30,744 nt of DNA from a virus (taxonomy: Duplodnaviria > Heunggongvirae > Uroviricota > Caudoviricetes > Demerecviridae), in the IMG/VR virus record IMGVR_UViG_2595698513_000001, positions 1 through 30,744 of that record. The stretch is one strand, 5' to 3'. The notes beneath the pieces are model-generated. The model was not told the DNA's origin and searched no databases. It saw nothing but the letters and a program-made list of their open reading frames with translations. Positions 26,193 to 30,744 of this stretch are shown one piece after another. The position numbers and the translations under genes are program-made. Position 1 is the first letter of the stretch, and every line of letters starts with the position of its first letter.

Positions 26193-26221
26193 ATTTTATA
26201 ACATTTGGTTAACAATGTCAA
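26193..26221 (-). promoter_or_regulatory. sigma70-type promoter driving the leader RNA/obp
   Basis: TTGACA-17 bp-TAAAAT; predicted +1 near 26186. Confidence 0.8.
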
Positions 26222-26245
26222 ATCAAAAACTTTAGATGTTACATG

Positions 26246-26560
26246 CTAACTGATTCCAAGCATACTACAACCGAGTTCCATCTTTAACTCTTTAGCGATT
26301 TGTTTGCCTTGGCCAGTCACGAAGTGCTTATAATTATTAGGGCGAACGATGTGATGCACATCATGTACTTTTCCATCATAATAGACTTCTGCACTAACTT
26401 TTATTTCGGGGAACTCTGCCAGTAAGTCTACTTTCTCCTGTAGATTGCACTGACGGATATTATGTGGGCGACCGTTAGGTTCTACCGCTGTAACCGAGAC
26501 GTGAGATACCAGGTGTTCTAATATCTCCGTCAAATAACGTACTTTATCCTGCATATTCAT
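26246..26560 (-). CDS. hypothetical protein (104 aa)
   Basis: Start reassigned to MNMQDK after the AGGA RBS; promoter immediately upstream. Confidence 0.7.
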   Translation of the reverse strand: MNMQDKVRYLTEILEHLVSHVSVTAVEPNGRPHNIRQCNLQEKVDLLAEFPEIKVSAEVYYDGKVHDVHHIVRPNNYKHFVTGQGKQIAKELKMELGCSMLGIS

Positions 26561-26592
26561 TAAAACTTTCCTACATTTCTGAAACTGCATAC

Positions 26593-26622
26593 ATTATATG
26601 ACAAATTGGGGCAGTTTGGCAA
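26593..26622 (-). promoter_or_regulatory. sigma70-type promoter (leftward)
   Basis: TTGCCA-18 bp-TATAAT. Confidence 0.65.
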
Positions 26623-26751
26623 ATACATTTTTGTTTTACTGCCAAACTCGTTCGCCCATAATATAAGTATGATGTCAATTACCATATTTTAGGGAAACTT
26701 GTCAACTTAAATTTTACAACAAAACTCATAGCAGAAACTTTAAAATTTTAT

Positions 26752-26780
26752 TTGATATAGATCAAGTATTTTGCTATAAT
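26752..26780 (+). promoter_or_regulatory. sigma70-type promoter for nrdD with overlapping FNR box
   Basis: TTGATA-17 bp-TATAAT with TGn extension; TTGAT-ATAG-ATCAA at 26752-26765. Confidence 0.85.
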
Positions 26781-26833
26781 ATATGTCCAGTTTGGGAATT
26801 TTAAATGACATTTCCGTCCCTCGGAGGAGAAGT

Positions 26834-28987
26834 ATGATTGTAATTAAAAGAGATAATACACGACAGGCTTTCAACCTGCACAAGATTTATGAGGCAGTCT
26901 TTATGTCTGCTAGTGATGCTGATTGTGAGTATGAAGAAGCCAGTCAAATTGCAAATGACGCTACTCAACTAGTCATTCATAACCTGCAAGAGCAGGGCAA
27001 GGAAGAAGCAACCGTATACGAGATTGAAACTTTGGTTGAAAACGTCCTTATGTCTAGTTGTTGGAAAGATGTAGCACGTAAATACATCGAGTACCGTCAT
27101 GATCGCCAGCAGGCGCGAGATTTAGAAAGTGACCTGCACAAAAATATTGTTGGTTTGGTAGACCAAACTAACCCTGATATTCTGCATGAAAATGCAAATA
27201 AGGAATCAACCGTATTCCATGTCCAGCGTGACCTATTGGCGGGTGAGATTTCTCGCCACTACGCATTGAATTACCTATTACCACGAGAAGTTGCACAAGA
27301 GCATATCGCAGGTAATATACACTTCCACGACCTAGACTACTTCCCTATGATGGGTATGACTAACTGCTGTCTAGTAGATTTGGAAGGTATGTTGTCTAAC
27401 GGGTTTAAAATGGGTAATGCTCGTATTGAACAGCCTAAGTCTATTCAAACAGCAGCCACAGTTGTGTCTCAAATCGCAGCAGCGGTAGCAAGTTCACAGT
27501 ATGGCGGTACTAGCTTTGATCGTCTGGACGAAGTCCTAGCACCTTACGTAACTAAGACTTATGAGAAAAACATTCGTCTAATGAGCGAACTAGCAGGATA
27601 CTTTGGTGGTGAAGACTCTAGCAAAGTAATTGAATTAGCTAAAGAAAAGACTGAAAAAGACGTATTCGATGCTTGTCAGACTCTAGAATACCAAGTAAAT
27701 ACTATTTACTCAACTAATGGTCAGACTCCGTTCTTGACATTTGGATTCGGTCTAGGTACTTCTTGGGAAGCTAAACTAGTTCAGAAAGGTATTCTACAGA
27801 ATCGTATTGCTGGTCTAGGTAAAGAAGGTACTACTCCGGTATTCCCTAAGCTAGTATTTGGTCTCAAAGATGGGGTAAACCTGAAGCCAGAAGACCCTAA
27901 CTACGATATTAAGCAGCTTGCATTAGAATGTGCTACTGTTCGCATGTATCCAGACATACTTAACTACGATAAGACTGTTGAAATTACAGGCGGATATAAA
28001 GCACCTATGGGCTGTCGCTCATTCTTGTCTACTTGGTATGATGAAGACGGTAAAGAAACATATGCAGGTCGTAATAACCTTGGTGTGGTTTCTCTGAACA
28101 TTCCTAAGATTGCGCTAGAAGCTCAGCTAGACTATGATAAGTTCTGGACATTGCTAGATAATTACTGTGAGATTGCTCATCGTGCTCTACAATACCGTTT
28201 AGAACGCCTGTCAACCGTAAAAGCTAAATCCGCGCCGATTATGTATATGGAAGGAGCGCTAGGCTTACACCTAGATCCAGAAGAGTACGTTCTTCCACAC
28301 CTGTTGAAGCGCGGAGCTAGCATCTCTTTAGGCTATATTGGCCTGGAAGAGGCAGCTAATGCAATGCTCGGTAGTGTAATTCACACGTATGATGAGCCTG
28401 AAAAGCAACAGTTCGTTCTAGATATTGTCAAGTTCCTTGACAAGAAAGCTAAAGAATGGAAAGAAGCGGAAGGTGTTGGTTATTCAATCTATGCCACTCC
28501 TAGCGAATCTTTATGTAACCGATTCTGTAAAGCTATTGTTCGTGAGTATGGGGAGTTCGAAGGAGTAACTGACAAAGGTTACTTAACAAACTCATTCCAC
28601 TTAGACGTACTGAAGAAGGTAAACCCGTATGATAAAATCGACTTTGAAGCGCAATTCATCCCATACAGCTCCGGTGGTCATATCTGCTACGGGGAATTCC
28701 CTAATATGCGCCACAATATTGAAGCACTCGAAAATGTGTGGGATTACGCCTACACCAAAGTCCCATACTACGGCACCAACACACCAATTGATGAATGCTA
28801 TAGCTGCGGATTCAAAGGTGAGTTCAATTGTACAAGCAAAGGTTTTGAGTGTCCTAACTGCGGAAACCACGACCCAGAGAAATGCTCTGTCACCAGACGA
28901 GTGTGTGGCTACCTAGGTAATCCTGGTACTCGTCCATTCAATGCAGGTAAACAGTCAGAAATGACTAAACGTGTAAAACATCTTTAG
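26834..28987 (+). CDS. nrdD: anaerobic (class III) ribonucleoside-triphosphate reductase
   Basis: N-terminal ATP cone MIVIKRD (GGAGGAG RBS, ATG 26834), HFHDLD, NCCL, MGCRSFL, ATPSESLCNRF, two CxxC, glycyl-radical RVCGYLG. Confidence 0.97.
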   Translation: MIVIKRDNTRQAFNLHKIYEAVFMSASDADCEYEEASQIANDATQLVIHNLQEQGKEEATVYEIETLVENVLMSSCWKDVARKYIEYRHDRQQARDLESDLHKNIVGLVDQTNPDILHENANKESTVFHVQRDLLAGEISRHYALNYLLPREVAQEHIAGNIHFHDLDYFPMMGMTNCCLVDLEGMLSNGFKMGNARIEQPKSIQTAATVVSQIAAAVASSQYGGTSFDRLDEVLAPYVTKTYEKNIRLMSELAGYFGGEDSSKVIELAKEKTEKDVFDACQTLEYQVNTIYSTNGQTPFLTFGFGLGTSWEAKLVQKGILQNRIAGLGKEGTTPVFPKLVFGLKDGVNLKPEDPNYDIKQLALECATVRMYPDILNYDKTVEITGGYKAPMGCRSFLSTWYDEDGKETYAGRNNLGVVSLNIPKIALEAQLDYDKFWTLLDNYCEIAHRALQYRLERLSTVKAKSAPIMYMEGALGLHLDPEEYVLPHLLKRGASISLGYIGLEEAANAMLGSVIHTYDEPEKQQFVLDIVKFLDKKAKEWKEAEGVGYSIYATPSESLCNRFCKAIVREYGEFEGVTDKGYLTNSFHLDVLKKVNPYDKIDFEAQFIPYSSGGHICYGEFPNMRHNIEALENVWDYAYTKVPYYGTNTPIDECYSCGFKGEFNCTSKGFECPNCGNHDPEKCSVTRRVCGYLGNPGTRPFNAGKQSEMTKRVKHL

Positions 28988-29007
28988 AGGGCAATTGCCC
29001 TCTTTTT
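28986..29007 (+). terminator. intrinsic terminator/hairpin after nrdD
   Basis: Perfect palindrome AGAGGGCAATTGCCCTCT followed by TTTT. Confidence 0.75.
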
Positions 29008-29025
29008 AACCCTAGGAGAAAGAAT

Positions 29026-29238
29026 ATGAAATTATTTATGGCATCATGGTGTAAGTACTGCCAACCAGTAAAAGAGCTAATAAAAGAAAAAGGACTGGAT
29101 GTGCAACTAGTGGATATTGACCACTCATTCGAATTAGCATCAAAACATAGAATCACACAGATTCCAGCTTTACTATTGGATGATGATACAGTAATGTTAG
29201 AATCACTGGAGATTATGCGCTACTTGGAGACTTTATAA
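29026..29238 (+). CDS. glutaredoxin/thioredoxin-like protein
   Basis: WCKYC active site, IPALL cis-Pro motif, AGGAG RBS; upstream of nrdB. Confidence 0.9.
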   Translation: MKLFMASWCKYCQPVKELIKEKGLDVQLVDIDHSFELASKHRITQIPALLLDDDTVMLESLEIMRYLETL

Positions 29239-30230
29239 TGCCGGTACGTTGTCAGACATTTAAAGAAGCCTATACCTTCGATTATCCAGAGGCAGTTGCA
29301 TTCGCAGATGCCCAAAATTCAGTTATTTGGTTCCACCACGAAATCAATGTAGAAAAAGACATTCAAGATATTCGCGTTAATATGACCCCAGCAGAGTCTC
29401 ATGGTGTTATTACCACCTTGAAACTATTTACTCTGTATGAGCTAGTATTAGGTAATGAATATTGGGGCGGACGATTTAAGCGTATGTTCCCTCGTCATGA
29501 CTTCCGTCAGATGGGTAATTCGTTCTCGTTTGCTGAAATCAATATTCATGCACCTTTCTACAACAAGATTAATGAAGCTCTGATGCTAAATACGGACGAA
29601 TTCTACACTAGTTATGTAGACGATCCAATCCTGAAGTCTCGTATGGAGTTTGTAGAGTCTCTGGTTTGTGACCCAGATGATCTAGTATCTGTCGGTGCAT
29701 TTAGTATGATTGAAGGTGCTGTACTGTATAGTGCATTCGCATACCTAAAACACTTCCAAGCACAAGGTAAGAACAAAATATTAAACATTGTTCGTGGCAT
29801 TAACTTCTCAGTACGAGATGAAAACCTACACTGCGAAGGGGGTGCTTGGGCATTCAATACTTTACGCCGTGAATTGGAGCGTGGAGGTGAGCTTACATTC
29901 TCAAAATTCAATAAAGTAGCTAAGCGACTACAAAGTGCAGGTCGTCAAGTATACGAACACGAGGCACGTATTATTGATATGATGTTCGAAAAAGGCGAAA
30001 TTGAAGGCTTCCATGCAGAAGACCTTAAAACTTTCGTTAAATCTCGTATTAACCTATGTCTAGGTCATTTACGTATTGCTCCAATCTTTGAAATTGGTAA
30101 TAACCCAATTGCAGAGTGGTTCTACGACAATATTAACGCACTGAAATTCCACGATTTCTTTACAGGTACAGGCTCAGAATATAACCGTGATTGGGATGAA
30201 TCACGACTAAGATGGAAGGTGAAAGCATAA
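29238..30230 (+). CDS. nrdB: class I ribonucleotide reductase beta subunit
   Basis: W-FHHE, LFTLYE, EINIHAPFY, IEGAVLYSAF, RDENLH, C-terminal FF...EY. Confidence 0.95.
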   Translation: MPVRCQTFKEAYTFDYPEAVAFADAQNSVIWFHHEINVEKDIQDIRVNMTPAESHGVITTLKLFTLYELVLGNEYWGGRFKRMFPRHDFRQMGNSFSFAEINIHAPFYNKINEALMLNTDEFYTSYVDDPILKSRMEFVESLVCDPDDLVSVGAFSMIEGAVLYSAFAYLKHFQAQGKNKILNIVRGINFSVRDENLHCEGGAWAFNTLRRELERGGELTFSKFNKVAKRLQSAGRQVYEHEARIIDMMFEKGEIEGFHAEDLKTFVKSRINLCLGHLRIAPIFEIGNNPIAEWFYDNINALKFHDFFTGTGSEYNRDWDESRLRWKVKA

Positions 30231-30744
30231 TGTCAAGTATTTACGAAAAATTAGGTGCTGAACGAAAAGAAGGTCAAGCAAACGGTACTATTCCTGAGTG
30301 GATGACTACTGCGGGCTTTCAGCTATTAAAACAAAAATATCTAGCTGGTGAGACAGTATGGGATCGTTATCGTACTATCGCAGCAACAGCAGCAAAACAC
30401 ATGCCGTCCAGACAAGAACAGTGGGAAGAGCGTTTCTTCGAATTATTTTGGAGGGGTTGGTTAGCAGCATCAACTCCTGTATTAGCAAATATGGGTACAA
30501 ATAAAGGTATGCCTGTTAGTTGTTCTGGTGGGTATATTGACGACTCTATTCATGGTTTCTACGACACATTACATGAAACAGCAATGCTAACTAAGAATGG
30601 TTTTGGTACATCGGGCTATCTTGGTGATATTCGTCCTCGTGGAGCTAGTATTTCAATTGGTGGTACAGCAGCAGGTGTTATGCCTGTAATCGAAGATTAT
30701 GTACAATGTATGCGTGATGTGGCTCAAGGTGCTACACGTCGTGG
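30230..30744 (+). CDS. nrdA: class I ribonucleotide reductase alpha subunit (3' truncated by window; no ATP cone)
   Basis: TAATG coupling; MSSIYEKLG...STPVLANMG...PVSC...GFGTSGYLGDIRPRG...GV-P; open to the window end. Confidence 0.9.
   Translation, partial: MSSIYEKLGAERKEGQANGTIPEWMTTAGFQLLKQKYLAGETVWDRYRTIAATAAKHMPSRQEQWEERFFELFWRGWLAASTPVLANMGTNKGMPVSCSGGYIDDSIHGFYDTLHETAMLTKNGFGTSGYLGDIRPRGASISIGGTAAGVMPVIEDYVQCMRDVAQGATRR

Noticed and set aside
26783-26833. N-terminal extensions given by the ORF track for nrdD (also pol 12163, obp 25607, 19128, 26590)
   Set aside because: Better RBS-linked starts lie downstream; the longer starts overlap promoters or terminators.
10-29911. Numerous short ORFs antisense or out-of-frame to core genes (e.g. 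10-375, 925-1329, 10602-10916, 24292-24585, 29612-29911)
   Set aside because: Fully nested in well-supported genes, lacking RBS or motifs; shadow ORFs.
1-30744. Stop-codon reassignment or alternative genetic code
   Set aside because: Conserved proteins translate full length under code 11 and end at TAA, TGA or TAG where expected.

Overview
This window is the DNA replication, recombination and nucleotide-metabolism block of a T5-like phage (Demerecviridae-type). The basis is protein motifs and a gene order matching my recollection of T5. A gamma-proteobacterial host, possibly Vibrio-like, is inference only. Positions 1-663 (+) hold the end of the tail-fibre module, closed by a palindromic terminator. 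Positions 690-26560 (-) read, in transcription order: a ~600-nt ORF-free structured leader, origin-binding primase/helicase, Zn-ribbon/GIY-YIG endonuclease, D2, D3, PC4-like protein, split NAD+ ligase interrupted by a SLOG cassette, D5, D6 helicase, primase, family A polymerase, D10-D15 and dUTPase. Positions 26834-30744 (+) carry nrdD, glutaredoxin, nrdB and a partial nrdA. Many near-consensus sigma70 promoters and intrinsic terminators can be read directly. The best leads are: (1) a probable large structured RNA transcribed directly into a gene for an AEP-primase/SF2-helicase origin-binding protein; (2) an apparently catalytically dead prohead-protease-fold gene among early genes; (3) a perfect FNR box on the nrdD promoter; (4) a polymerase promoter nested in a terminator. 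No tRNA, rRNA, CRISPR array, intein or intron was seen. All family assignments are by eye, with no database search.
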